DNA of 55,945 nt from a virus. Taxonomy: Duplodnaviria; Caudoviricetes. The stretch lies in IMG/VR virus record IMGVR_UViG_3300044491_002553, positions 1 through 55,945 of that record, one strand, 5' to 3'. Both the position numbers and the translations under genes were made by a program. Below, piece by piece: positions 30,671 through 40,370 of the stretch; the first letter of the stretch is position 1; each line of letters begins with the position of its first letter. The notes beneath the pieces are model-generated. The model did not search any database, was not told the DNA's origin, and was given only the letters and a program-made list of their open reading frames with translations.

Positions 30671-33268
30671 TTACCCCACTATCCAGTCGATTGGATCTAC
30701 ATCTTTGTTATTGAATCTATCCACATTTTCATTTACTAAAACTTCAGTGTCATCTACAAATACAGTTCTGGTATTAACATTGTTGGACTGGTTTATCTCT
30801 GTTGAATTGTTGTTATTAAGTGTATCAGTGATAATACCTGTGATTGTGTTAACAACATTACTGCCAGTGCTTACACTTGGAGATGTTGGATTATTTTTGA
30901 GAATGTTTCTGAATATAGTACTTAACAAACTGTCTTTGCCTTGTGCATTAAACTGACTGTTGTACTGTGCTGAATACAAATCTCTGGCCACACCCTGCTG
31001 TACAGGTTGCATTCTTGTTCTAAATCCAGTGAGTGTTTGTTCAAACACTCCACCACTGAAAGTACTTTTTATATTAGTGACTTGATACACACCACTGAAT
31101 TCACTGCCTGTATATTTGCCATTATTTCCAGGTACTGCTAATCCAGTTGTTTCATCATAGTCGATAGGAGTTTTCAAATTTACCTGCACATATGGTGGTG
31201 TAAGATCATAATTTATAGTACCGTCTGGCATAAAGGGTGTTGTGTACATTTGATTTTTGTACTCTTTGTCCATCCAAAAACTGTCAGCAGTAGGAAGGTA
31301 TGCAGGATCACCAATTATTGTCAAATCCAAATCTACAAGGTCAACACCTTGATACATCACTGTACTGAAAAGATCTTTTGCTCTTTCCTGTTTGGTATTT
31401 TGTGAACTGTTTATAGCACCTTCTTTAGGTTGTGGAACGTTGTTTATCTGAGGAGCAAATGCACCACCAGGTAGTTTGTTTGCAATGTTACCTGTGCCTA
31501 TTGTCATTGTCTGCAAAAATGCAGTGCTAAATTTAAATCTAAAATCCAACACATCAACATTTAATCCTGTATATATGTAATTGTAAATTTTATGCACACC
31601 TATACCATTTGGTTTACTGTTAGGTGCCCAAGGATAATCGTTATAAAATATAGCCTGTGGGGTAACATCATATCTTGTTTTAAATTTATAACGTCCGGCT
31701 TTTTTGTCAAAACCTTTGATTTCTTCTATTTTTGGTTTAACCTTAAACCATTTTATAGGTTTGTTTCCTTGATTTTGATTGATTTCTTCTGTAATATTAC
31801 TTGGAATATAATCACTGTTTATCAATACACCGTTGACTAATTTACTAATGTCTGTACCGTTGTTAATACGAAATAATTGTGTCTCTTTGTCTATACTAGC
31901 AACTTTTTTGTAGTTGTCTCTGTAACTGTCAAATTGACTTTGTTTGCCTTTTTGCTTTTGTGGACTGTTTTCAGGATTAAATGCATCTCTGTCAAGTTTT
32001 GAATTTGCCAGTTCTTGTGCAAAATTAAATTTGTATTCATCATACAGTTCATGATCACTAGGAACTATTTCTTTACGTAGTTTTCCATCACTGCCTTTTA
32101 CAATTTTTTCTTTTGGTTGTGTTAGACTTTTGTAATGATCTGTAAGTGCATCTCCTAACCCCACATATTCTTTGTTGCTTTTTTGCACTTCACCACCAGC
32201 AATGTTATTTTCTTCTTCTCCAATATCATCTACATTTTCAAACTTACTAAGTTTTCCTTTGAATACATCATTTACATTTGTGGCCTTCACCTGTAGATTG
32301 ATAGGTATTGTATTGGATGCTTTAGTTTGTAAATTTTGATGAAATGGGATACCTTTGATAACATATTGTGCACCTTCATTGTCCACATCAAATGTAAAGT
32401 CAGTTATACGCATCGGAATGTGTATTGGTGGTATAATGTTGTTGCTGGCAGTTCCATTTACATCATAACCCTTGAAAATTATTCTTATCACATAAGGAAC
32501 ATGTATATAATGTTGATCTTTAATATTGCTTCGTCCAGCAATAGTCCTCAATCTTTCTAGTAGTGTTGTACCTCTTGGTTCAACAATACTCATTTTTATA
32601 TCAGTAGAATTGGTGTTTGATGTCAAAACATTTGGACTGGCTGAAACATTTTCAAATGATAAATCCTGTATGTAAAAATCTATGTCTGCGTCAGGAGATG
32701 TATCAGGACCTAATCCACCACTTCTCATCAACAGTGTCTTGGGTAAACTTGAAAATTCACGAGGTGATTTGACCATTCTTACGTATGTGTTCAAATCCAT
32801 CATGTATAATTCAATGTTGTAGGTGTAACTGGCAAAGCCATTCAACACATTGTTGCGAGGATTAATTGTAATGTTGTTAATGTTTTGATTAAATACACCT
32901 TTTTGTGCTGTTGCTGTTTGTGATTTTGTTGCACCGCCATTTGCTTTTATTGTTTTCTTTGCTTGTGATATATTTGGACTTATGTTGTATAAATTAGGTA
33001 AATCACCAAAGTCTGAATAATCATCTATTTGATTGCCAGTGAGATAATTGTTTGTTTGGTATTCTGAGTCATCTACAAAAACTCTATTTGTCGCTGTGGT
33101 TTCTTCAATAGCATTTGCATTAATACCTGGTGTGCGAAAATTACCTCCAAAATCAGTAAAATCTTGTTCAACTATTTTTTGTTTATTATTGATGCTGTTG
33201 TTAGGAATAGGAATTGAGTCAAAGTCTGCACCAAATTGAACTGTGTCCTTGTCGTTTGGATTGGCCAT
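30671..33268 (-). CDS. Probable baseplate hub protein (gp27-like)
   Basis: Lies between the gp53-like and gp5-like genes; C-terminal LTIIGDP...FSGVYQVTNIKSTFSGGVFEQTL matches hub-protein C-termini. Confidence 0.6.
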   Translation of the reverse strand: MANPNDKDTVQFGADFDSIPIPNNSINNKQKIVEQDFTDFGGNFRTPGINANAIEETTATNRVFVDDSEYQTNNYLTGNQIDDYSDFGDLPNLYNISPNISQAKKTIKANGGATKSQTATAQKGVFNQNINNITINPRNNVLNGFASYTYNIELYMMDLNTYVRMVKSPREFSSLPKTLLMRSGGLGPDTSPDADIDFYIQDLSFENVSASPNVLTSNTNSTDIKMSIVEPRGTTLLERLRTIAGRSNIKDQHYIHVPYVIRIIFKGYDVNGTASNNIIPPIHIPMRITDFTFDVDNEGAQYVIKGIPFHQNLQTKASNTIPINLQVKATNVNDVFKGKLSKFENVDDIGEEENNIAGGEVQKSNKEYVGLGDALTDHYKSLTQPKEKIVKGSDGKLRKEIVPSDHELYDEYKFNFAQELANSKLDRDAFNPENSPQKQKGKQSQFDSYRDNYKKVASIDKETQLFRINNGTDISKLVNGVLINSDYIPSNITEEINQNQGNKPIKWFKVKPKIEEIKGFDKKAGRYKFKTRYDVTPQAIFYNDYPWAPNSKPNGIGVHKIYNYIYTGLNVDVLDFRFKFSTAFLQTMTIGTGNIANKLPGGAFAPQINNVPQPKEGAINSSQNTKQERAKDLFSTVMYQGVDLVDLDLTIIGDPAYLPTADSFWMDKEYKNQMYTTPFMPDGTINYDLTPPYVQVNLKTPIDYDETTGLAVPGNNGKYTGSEFSGVYQVTNIKSTFSGGVFEQTLTGFRTRMQPVQQGVARDLYSAQYNSQFNAQGKDSLLSTIFRNILKNNPTSPSVSTGSNVVNTITGIITDTLNNNNSTEINQSNNVNTRTVFVDDTEVLVNENVDRFNNKDVDPIDWIVG

Positions 33269-33269
33269 G

Positions 33270-33584
33270 TTATATTCCTAGACTGTTATTGATTGTTTCA
33301 CGTTTGGGTATGTATATTTTTATTCCAGCAACAAAATCCCAAATAGGATCTACTATTACATTTCTATTTCTTGTGGCAAACACCCACCAAAGATTTGCGT
33401 TATCATACAAGTCAAAAGCCAATAGATCTGGTCTATGTTCATGTACTTTGGTTAGGGTATGAAGTGTATCATCTACAGCAGGCAATATAGGCCTATAGTT
33501 CATAACTCCTAAATATCCGTTAACTGTTGAACCGGACATTTCAGTTTGAAAATAAGGTGAATCTGCTCTGTATTCTATAGCCAT
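33270..33584 (-). CDS. Baseplate wedge subunit, gp53-like (LysM-like)
   Basis: HRPDLLAFDLYDNANLWWVFA..N...G.KIYIP. Confidence 0.8.
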   Translation of the reverse strand: MAIEYRADSPYFQTEMSGSTVNGYLGVMNYRPILPAVDDTLHTLTKVHEHRPDLLAFDLYDNANLWWVFATRNRNVIVDPIWDFVAGIKIYIPKRETINNSLGI

Positions 33585-34462
33585 TATGGTAATGTTCCTA
33601 TTCCGTTTTTGTTTCCAATTAATTCTCCACGTGCATATCTTTGTAGTCCAAAACTCTGTTGTTGTGTTCTGCTTACTATTGGTAGCAGTGTCATATTAAT
33701 TGTCATCAGTGTTGGTACCAATGTTTTATTACTGGCTCCGTTACCACCAACTATGTTTGTTTCAATATAATCTACAGTGCCTTCAAAATCCATTGTGCTG
33801 TTTTGCACCACCACAGGTACACTGTTGAACATAAATGGACCGTTGTAACTGAAACGCAACACTGGAGGAGGTGTACCTCTGTTTGCATCTTGTCCAAAAA
33901 ATGATTTGGTACTGCTTTTGATCATTGTCAACACTGCAAGTACATAATTTGCTTCTGCTGTGTTGTTGGCACTGAATTGACCCACAACATTTATAGCACT
34001 GACATCACTGTTTGCATAAGAATGCTGTGCATAGTTGCTGTGCATAGGATGTGCTCCACCATAGTTTGCACTGTAACTCACGTTCACAGTAGGTGTGTAT
34101 GGAAACACAATACCATTTGTGTCTAACAAAGGTCTCAATAATATATTACTTGAATCTTTATACAGTATGTTAGTGGCACCAGGACTTAAACTTATTTTTG
34201 CTCTGTGGTCATCACCACCAGTAAAAGTTGTTGTGTTGAGAATACTGTTTATTACCTCATCACCACCAGTTGCTTTCAATCCAGCAGAGATTAATCTGTT
34301 GGCGGCACTGCCTAAAAAACTCCTACCTGCTCTTGCCAAACGACTATCGCCAGGAATAACTCTGCTGAGTAATCCATCTGCACTGCTGTTTATATCACCT
34401 GGTAATTGTGTTGTAGCAGAGGTTTTTACATTACCTCTTAAACTGCCCTGATTTATTGCCAT
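33584..34462 (-). CDS. Tail tube initiator / baseplate tube cap (gp48/gp54-like)
   Basis: FPYTPTV, GTPPPVLRFS.NG...VPVVV and PTL..I...L.PI motifs of tube-like proteins. Confidence 0.65.
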   Translation of the reverse strand: MAINQGSLRGNVKTSATTQLPGDINSSADGLLSRVIPGDSRLARAGRSFLGSAANRLISAGLKATGGDEVINSILNTTTFTGGDDHRAKISLSPGATNILYKDSSNILLRPLLDTNGIVFPYTPTVNVSYSANYGGAHPMHSNYAQHSYANSDVSAINVVGQFSANNTAEANYVLAVLTMIKSSTKSFFGQDANRGTPPPVLRFSYNGPFMFNSVPVVVQNSTMDFEGTVDYIETNIVGGNGASNKTLVPTLMTINMTLLPIVSRTQQQSFGLQRYARGELIGNKNGIGTLP

Positions 34463-34479
34463 TTTAATTCACTTTCTGG

Positions 34480-34514
34480 TTGCATAAGTATTTATAGATG
34501 TTATAATGTACGCA
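34480..34514. promoter_or_regulatory. Overlapping divergent promoters: T4-type late TATAAATA (- strand, 34489-34496) inside a sigma70-like TTGCAT-N16-TATAAT (+ strand)
   Basis: Both motifs read directly in the 72-bp divergent gap; the -10 is preceded by TGn. Confidence 0.7.
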
Positions 34515-34534
34515 TATAAAAGGAATCTCCAAAC

Positions 34535-35347
34535 ATGATGAAAAGAAAGAAATATCTTAACAACGAAGACCTTCTGAAGCAAATTCATGCTTCAAAGATG
34601 ACATATTGTAGTTTTCTAGACGAAGATGACTCAACTTATGATATTATTTTACCCAATCTAGAAGCAATAAACAGAAGAACAACAGCACAGGCAAAAAGAA
34701 ACAAAGCAGATAGAATTAACAAAACACAATACAAACAAGCAAAAGAACAAAATAAAAATGTAAAAATGGCAGATTTTAATTTAGATTGGAAAAAAATTAA
34801 AAAAGAAGAAGTAGTATTTAGAATTATGACATATGATCATGTACCGTTACAGCCTGGAAGAAAGAAAAATCCAAAAACTGTAGCAGATCATCACGTGCAG
34901 TGCAACTTTCCTCCATTTCAACACTATAGGTATATTGATGAAGAATTAAAATGTGTAGGCAAAAGTCACTGGATAGGTGGATTAGAAAATGGTTACTTCA
35001 ACAAAGAACACGGAAAAACCACAAACACATTAGCAAGAATGTACATGAAGTTGTGTGAACGTTATGGCACTAGAAGCAATTGGCGTGGATACACTTACAA
35101 CGATGAAATGAGAAGCCAAGCATTGCTACAACTTGCACAAATCGGACTGCAATTTGATGAGAGCAAAAGTCAAAATCCATTTGCTTACTACACTGCGGCT
35201 ATCACAAACAGTTTTACCCGAGTGTTGAATTTAGAAAAAAGAAATCAACACATCAGAGATGATATACTCGAAGAAGCAGGTCTCAATCCAAGTTACACCA
35301 GACAATCAGAGAACGAATCTGCTAAAAGTAGTGAACCAATAAGATAA
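34535..35347 (+). CDS. gp55: Late-transcription sigma factor, T4 gp55-like
   Basis: KYLNNEDLL and NWRGYTYNDEM...QFDESKSQNPFAYYT...F.R....EK; directly upstream of gp47 as in T4-like phages. Confidence 0.85.
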   Translation: MMKRKKYLNNEDLLKQIHASKMTYCSFLDEDDSTYDIILPNLEAINRRTTAQAKRNKADRINKTQYKQAKEQNKNVKMADFNLDWKKIKKEEVVFRIMTYDHVPLQPGRKKNPKTVADHHVQCNFPPFQHYRYIDEELKCVGKSHWIGGLENGYFNKEHGKTTNTLARMYMKLCERYGTRSNWRGYTYNDEMRSQALLQLAQIGLQFDESKSQNPFAYYTAAITNSFTRVLNLEKRNQHIRDDILEEAGLNPSYTRQSENESAKSSEPIR

Positions 35348-35349
35348 AC

Positions 35350-35378
35350 TTGACAACAGATACAAAGGATGTTATAAT
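35350..35378 (+). promoter_or_regulatory. Consensus sigma70 promoter TTGACA-N17-TATAAT
   Basis: Exact consensus with extended -10 TGn; the gp47 ATG follows after 6 intervening nt. Confidence 0.85.
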
Positions 35379-35384
35379 AAACAC

Positions 35385-36395
35385 ATGAGTTTGTTTAAAC
35401 GGGCCGCCATTTTCACGGACATTCACTTTGGCAACAAATCAAACAGCAGAACATTCAATCAAGATTGTTTGGATTTTGTGGATTGGTTTTGTGCTGAAGC
35501 AAAAAAGCAAGGTGCTGATGCCTGTATCTTTATGGGTGATTGGCATCATCAACGTGCTACTATCAATGTTAGTACACTTAATTACAGTCTACAAGCACTG
35601 GATAAATTGAACGAAAGTTTTGATATAGTTCATTTTATTCCAGGCAACCATGATGAATACTACAGAGACAAACGTGATTTAAACAGTGTAGCATTTATTA
35701 AAAAATATGAAAACATACAACTGTACAATGACATCATAACACTGGATGATGTGGGATTTGTTCCGTGGTTGGTAGGTGATGAGCACAAAAAAATTAGAAA
35801 ACTAGATGCAAAATATGTGATTGGACATTTTGAACTGCCACACTTTTACATGAATGCAATGGTGCAGATGCCTGATACAGGTGAACTTAACACCAATGAC
35901 TTTGATCATTTAGGTACTGTGTTTACTGGACACTTCCACAAAAGACAAGAACGTGAAAATGTGGTGTACACAGGAAATGCTTTTGCACACAACTATGCAG
36001 ACGCAGGTGATGATGAACGTGGAATGATGATACTTGACTGGGATGGCACACGTAAATTTATTGCATGGCCTGATCAACCCAAGTACAGAGTGCTACAGAT
36101 CAGTCAACTGCTAGAAGGTCCAGAAAAGTATCTGTCACCAAAAACATATGCAAGAGTAAAACTAGATGTTGACATCAGTTATGAAGAAGCAAACTTTATC
36201 AAAGAAACATTTATTGAAGAATATCAATTGCGAGAGTTAAGTTTGATTCCTATCAAAAACGAAGAACATTCTCAAGATTGGGAAGGTGAGATAAACTTTG
36301 AAAGTGTAGATACTATTGTCACCAGTCAACTGCAACAGATAGACAGTAAACAGTATGACAGTAATCTTATGTTGGACATTTATAGGAATTTATAA
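35385..36395 (+). CDS. gp47: Recombination endonuclease subunit gp47 (Mre11/SbcD-like)
   Basis: Metallophosphoesterase motifs DIHFG, GDWHH, GNHD, GHFE and GHFH. Confidence 0.92.
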   Translation: MSLFKRAAIFTDIHFGNKSNSRTFNQDCLDFVDWFCAEAKKQGADACIFMGDWHHQRATINVSTLNYSLQALDKLNESFDIVHFIPGNHDEYYRDKRDLNSVAFIKKYENIQLYNDIITLDDVGFVPWLVGDEHKKIRKLDAKYVIGHFELPHFYMNAMVQMPDTGELNTNDFDHLGTVFTGHFHKRQERENVVYTGNAFAHNYADAGDDERGMMILDWDGTRKFIAWPDQPKYRVLQISQLLEGPEKYLSPKTYARVKLDVDISYEEANFIKETFIEEYQLRELSLIPIKNEEHSQDWEGEINFESVDTIVTSQLQQIDSKQYDSNLMLDIYRNL

Positions 36396-37520
36396 ATGGA
36401 GTTTGAATTATTTGACGAAACTAAAAGACTGCACAAAGTGATGTTAGGCACTTGGTTTCTGCCTGAATATTTTGATAGTATTAAATCATCCAACATCAAA
36501 CAACAGTTGCAGACCATTGCACATCAAACACATGAAGATTTAGATAACTTTGAAAGTGTGTTGAAAAGTTATGGTGTTGAGGTGTATAGGCCTGTTGCAC
36601 CATCTGAAACATACGATCCTACAATAAAAATAAATCCTGCACTTAATGTACGAGATACGTTTAGAACAATTGGTAATACACTTTATAAATTTAACAGCAA
36701 AGGCAAATACTATGATGATGCTATACAACAAGTTTTGCCTGTGTTCACTGATCTATCAAGTATACTTGAAGATGCTAATCGCTTAGAATATCTTCCCAAA
36801 TACAGTGAACAACATTACAAACTAATTGCAGGATCAAGTTGGCCTTCATTTGTTAGTTTTTGCAATAAAAATTATACTGTTGATCAGCAAATACAAGATG
36901 AAATAGATTCATATGAAGAAAGTTTGCGATATGATGACACAAATCCACCAGAAGGTCCAAATGTTATTATTACAAACGGAGAAATAATTGTTGATCATCA
37001 TGAATATGTTGACTTTGTAAACATACTCAAACAACATGTACCAACAAATTTAAAATGGAAAAGCATATGCACACTTGGTGGTCATACTGATGGAATGTTT
37101 AATTTACTAAACAAAGACACAGTTATAGGTGTTAGAGAAGTAGTAGAAAAATTTATGCCTCACATACCTAATAAAATTATGATAGAACAAGAAAATTATC
37201 AATCACATATTGATGAATTTAACAAACACAAAGCAAATGTTGGTGGCAAATGGTGGGTACCTGGACAAGAGAATAACATAGAATTTACAGATTTTGTAAA
37301 CAATTATCTCACACATTTAGTTGGTTATGTTGAGGAAACACAATTTGATGTCAATGTACTGAGCCTTGATGAAAAAACAGTATTTGTTATGGGTGACAAC
37401 GGTAATTATGTACAAGAACTAGCAAATTATGGTATTGAAGCAATAGTAGTACCATGGCGTCATCGATGGTTCCATGATGGTGGATTACATTGTATAACTT
37501 TAGATTTAGTAAGAAAGTAA
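36396..37520 (+). CDS. Amidinotransferase-family (pentein) protein
   Basis: L.S.GVEVYRP, RD...IG, GHTDG, FDVNVL and C-terminal GGLHCITLD with the catalytic Cys. Confidence 0.8.
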   Translation: MEFELFDETKRLHKVMLGTWFLPEYFDSIKSSNIKQQLQTIAHQTHEDLDNFESVLKSYGVEVYRPVAPSETYDPTIKINPALNVRDTFRTIGNTLYKFNSKGKYYDDAIQQVLPVFTDLSSILEDANRLEYLPKYSEQHYKLIAGSSWPSFVSFCNKNYTVDQQIQDEIDSYEESLRYDDTNPPEGPNVIITNGEIIVDHHEYVDFVNILKQHVPTNLKWKSICTLGGHTDGMFNLLNKDTVIGVREVVEKFMPHIPNKIMIEQENYQSHIDEFNKHKANVGGKWWVPGQENNIEFTDFVNNYLTHLVGYVEETQFDVNVLSLDEKTVFVMGDNGNYVQELANYGIEAIVVPWRHRWFHDGGLHCITLDLVRK

Positions 37521-37523
37521 AGA

Positions 37524-39290
37524 ATGTTTAAAGTAAACACATTAACAGTTAAAAATTTTATGAGTGTTGGCAATCAAACACAAGCCATAGATTTTAATCG
37601 AAACGATCTCACACTAGTGCTAGGTGAAAACTTAGACACTGGTGGAAGTGATGCTGGTAGTAGAAATGGTACAGGTAAAACCACAATAATAAATGCACTA
37701 AGTTATGCTATGTATGGACAAGCACTCACAAAGATCAGACAAAACAATCTAATTAATAAAACAAACGGCAAGAACATGCTGACCACTGTCGAATTTGAGA
37801 AAAATGGTGTGCCTTATAGAATTGAACGTGGGCGTTCTCCTAATGTTTTAAAATTTTACATCAACAACACAGAACAAGAAACACAAGATGGTGAACAACA
37901 AGGTGACAGCAGAGAAACACAAAAAGAAATAGACAAACTGCTTGGTATGAGTCACGACATGTTTAAGCATGTGTTGGCACTCAACACATACAGTGAACCA
38001 TTTTTGAGCATGAGAGTCAATGATCAGCGTGAAATAATCGAACAACTTTTAGGTATAACACTATTGAGTGAAAAAGCAGATACACTAAAAGAACTGTTAC
38101 GATTGACCAAACAGAGTATAACTGACGAAGAAGCAAAAATAAAAGCAACTACAGATGCAAACACCAGGATTAGTGATCAAGTTGACGCACTAAAACGCAG
38201 ACAGAAAATATGGAATGAGAAAAAACAAAAAGATGCTGATCAGTTGAAACAAGAAATCAAAGATCTCAGTCATGTTGACATAGACGAAGAACTTATTCAA
38301 CACACCAAACTGCAAGAATGGTTGGTATTGGAGCAAGAGCAACTAAGCATAAAAAAAGATATAGATGTAATTCAAACGCAACTTTCTCGTGCCAAACGTG
38401 ATGTAGAAAGAACACAAAAAAATCTATCAGCACTACAAAAAGGTGAGTGTGGAAGTTGTGGACAAGATGTAAATCATTTAGAAACACACCAAAAACAGTT
38501 GCAGGATGCAGAAAAAGAACATGTAGAAAACGTAAACTATGAAAAAGAACTTAGTGATGCAGTGGTAAATTTACAAAGCACAGTAAAAGAACTTCCGGAA
38601 AAACCTCAAACTTTTTACAACACCAATGACGAAGCACACAATCACAGAAGTACACTAAGTACACTCAACAGTCAATTGACAACAAAATTAGATGAGACTG
38701 ACCCATACATTGACCAAATAAGTGAAATGGAACAAACTGCACTTATGGAACTTGATTATAAAGAATTAAATAATTTAACAAAAATCAGAGACCATCAAGA
38801 ATTTTTGTTAAAATTACTGACTAACAAAGACAGTTTTATCAGAAAGAAAATAATTGATCAAAATCTAACTTACTTAAATACTAGACTAGACTATTATCTA
38901 AATAGTGTTGGTTTACCACACACTGTGGTATTTCAAAATGATTTAAATGTATTGATACAAGAATTTGGTAGAGATTTAGATTTTGACAATTTAAGCAGAG
39001 GTGAACGTAACAGATTGATATTAAGTTTAAGTTGGGCCTTCCGTGATGTTTGGGAAAGTCTTTACCAACCTATAAATTTATTATTCATTGATGAATTAGT
39101 AGACAGTGGCATGGACAGTGCTGGTGTTGAAAATAGTATGGCAATACTTAAAAAAATGAGCAGAGAACGTAATAAAAGCATATGGCTAGTCAGTCACAAA
39201 GACGAACTGATTGGTCGTGTGAACAACTTATTAAAAGTGGTAAAAGAGAATGGATTTACCAGTTATAATGACGACGTAGAAATTAGATAG
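37524..39290 (+). CDS. gp46: Recombination ATPase gp46 (Rad50/SbcC-like)
   Basis: KNFMS, Walker A NGTGKTT, CGSC zinc hook in a coiled coil, LSRGE signature, Walker B LLFIDE and VSH. Confidence 0.93.
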   Translation: MFKVNTLTVKNFMSVGNQTQAIDFNRNDLTLVLGENLDTGGSDAGSRNGTGKTTIINALSYAMYGQALTKIRQNNLINKTNGKNMLTTVEFEKNGVPYRIERGRSPNVLKFYINNTEQETQDGEQQGDSRETQKEIDKLLGMSHDMFKHVLALNTYSEPFLSMRVNDQREIIEQLLGITLLSEKADTLKELLRLTKQSITDEEAKIKATTDANTRISDQVDALKRRQKIWNEKKQKDADQLKQEIKDLSHVDIDEELIQHTKLQEWLVLEQEQLSIKKDIDVIQTQLSRAKRDVERTQKNLSALQKGECGSCGQDVNHLETHQKQLQDAEKEHVENVNYEKELSDAVVNLQSTVKELPEKPQTFYNTNDEAHNHRSTLSTLNSQLTTKLDETDPYIDQISEMEQTALMELDYKELNNLTKIRDHQEFLLKLLTNKDSFIRKKIIDQNLTYLNTRLDYYLNSVGLPHTVVFQNDLNVLIQEFGRDLDFDNLSRGERNRLILSLSWAFRDVWESLYQPINLLFIDELVDSGMDSAGVENSMAILKKMSRERNKSIWLVSHKDELIGRVNNLLKVVKENGFTSYNDDVEIR

Positions 39291-39300
39291 GAGAATAAAA

Positions 39301-39477
39301 ATGTCTATACACGAACAAATTATACAACAATACGAAACATACATCAAAGAGTCAGAGGCTTTTGAAACTAAAGGTGTAAAAGCCTCGGCCACAAGAGCCA
39401 GAAAAGCACTTGGCGAAATTGGAAAACTTTCTAAGTCAAGACGTGCAGAGATTCAGGAAAAAAAGAACAGCATGTAA
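39301..39477 (+). CDS. Small basic protein resembling the histone H1-like Hc1 family (58 aa; not in the ORF track)
   Basis: AGGAG upstream. Translates MSIHEQIIQQYETYIKESEAFETKGVKASATRARKALGEIGKLSKSRRAEIQEKKNSM; its TAA overlaps the next ATG. Confidence 0.75.
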   Translation: MSIHEQIIQQYETYIKESEAFETKGVKASATRARKALGEIGKLSKSRRAEIQEKKNSM

Positions 39478-40370
39478 TGATTCGTGATTTCACTGAATCT
39501 AAAATTTTACACATTGAGGCAAGTAGCATTTGTAATGCCGCTTGTCCTATGTGTGAAAGAAACGTAAATGGTTTCGGCCAAGCACCAGGATACACCCCTA
39601 AAAACTTGCCTTATGAATGGTTTGTAGAACATAAACAAACTATTTCTGGTGTGGAAAAAATTTATTTTTGTGGTAATTTAGGTGATTCTGCAAGTAATAA
39701 AGACCTTTTAAAAATAATAAAATACATAAAAACTGTTAACTCACAATGCACTGTTGGTCTAAACTCGAATGGCGGTTTAAGGAGCCGTAAATTTTGGCAT
39801 GATCTTGGAAAATTGCTGAATGGTAACTTAGATTATGTTGTTTTTAGCATTGATGGATTAGCCGATACTAATCATTTGTATCGTTGGAATGTACAATGGA
39901 AAAAAGTTATGCAAAATGCACAAGCATATATTGACGCTGGCGGAAGTGCCCATTGGGATATGTTGGTGTTCAAACATAACGAACACCAAGTAGAACAATG
40001 TCTACAACTTGCAACTGACATGGGATTCACATGGTTTAGAAGTAAAGAAACAAATCGTTGGAATCAAAAAAATATTCCTAGTTTACAACCTAGTACACCT
40101 TTTGAATCTATAGATTACAGCAACATAGTTGACATAGACTGTGAAAGAGACAGAGAACGTAGCACCTATATTGATTATCTAGGACGCAGTTGGCCCTGTT
40201 GCTATTTAGGCAACAAGCATTTTTCAGATACTGGCAATAAACACATAGATGTTACAAAAAATTACAGACAAAAGATACAGAATAAAAATGCATACATGAC
40301 CTGTAAAGAAAGTTGCGGCAAATTCACAAGTAAACGCACACAATGGAAAAGAGAAATACAGATTAGATGA
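39477..40370 (+). CDS. Radical SAM protein
   Basis: CNAACPMC, FCGNLGD, NSNG, FSIDG; C-terminal WPCC...C..SC. Confidence 0.9.
   Translation: MIRDFTESKILHIEASSICNAACPMCERNVNGFGQAPGYTPKNLPYEWFVEHKQTISGVEKIYFCGNLGDSASNKDLLKIIKYIKTVNSQCTVGLNSNGGLRSRKFWHDLGKLLNGNLDYVVFSIDGLADTNHLYRWNVQWKKVMQNAQAYIDAGGSAHWDMLVFKHNEHQVEQCLQLATDMGFTWFRSKETNRWNQKNIPSLQPSTPFESIDYSNIVDIDCERDRERSTYIDYLGRSWPCCYLGNKHFSDTGNKHIDVTKNYRQKIQNKNAYMTCKESCGKFTSKRTQWKREIQIR

Noticed and set aside
39301-39477. RiPP precursor peptide for the adjacent radical SAM enzymes
   Set aside because: No Cys/Trp-rich core or leader-like layout; the sequence fits a helical basic DNA-binding protein better.
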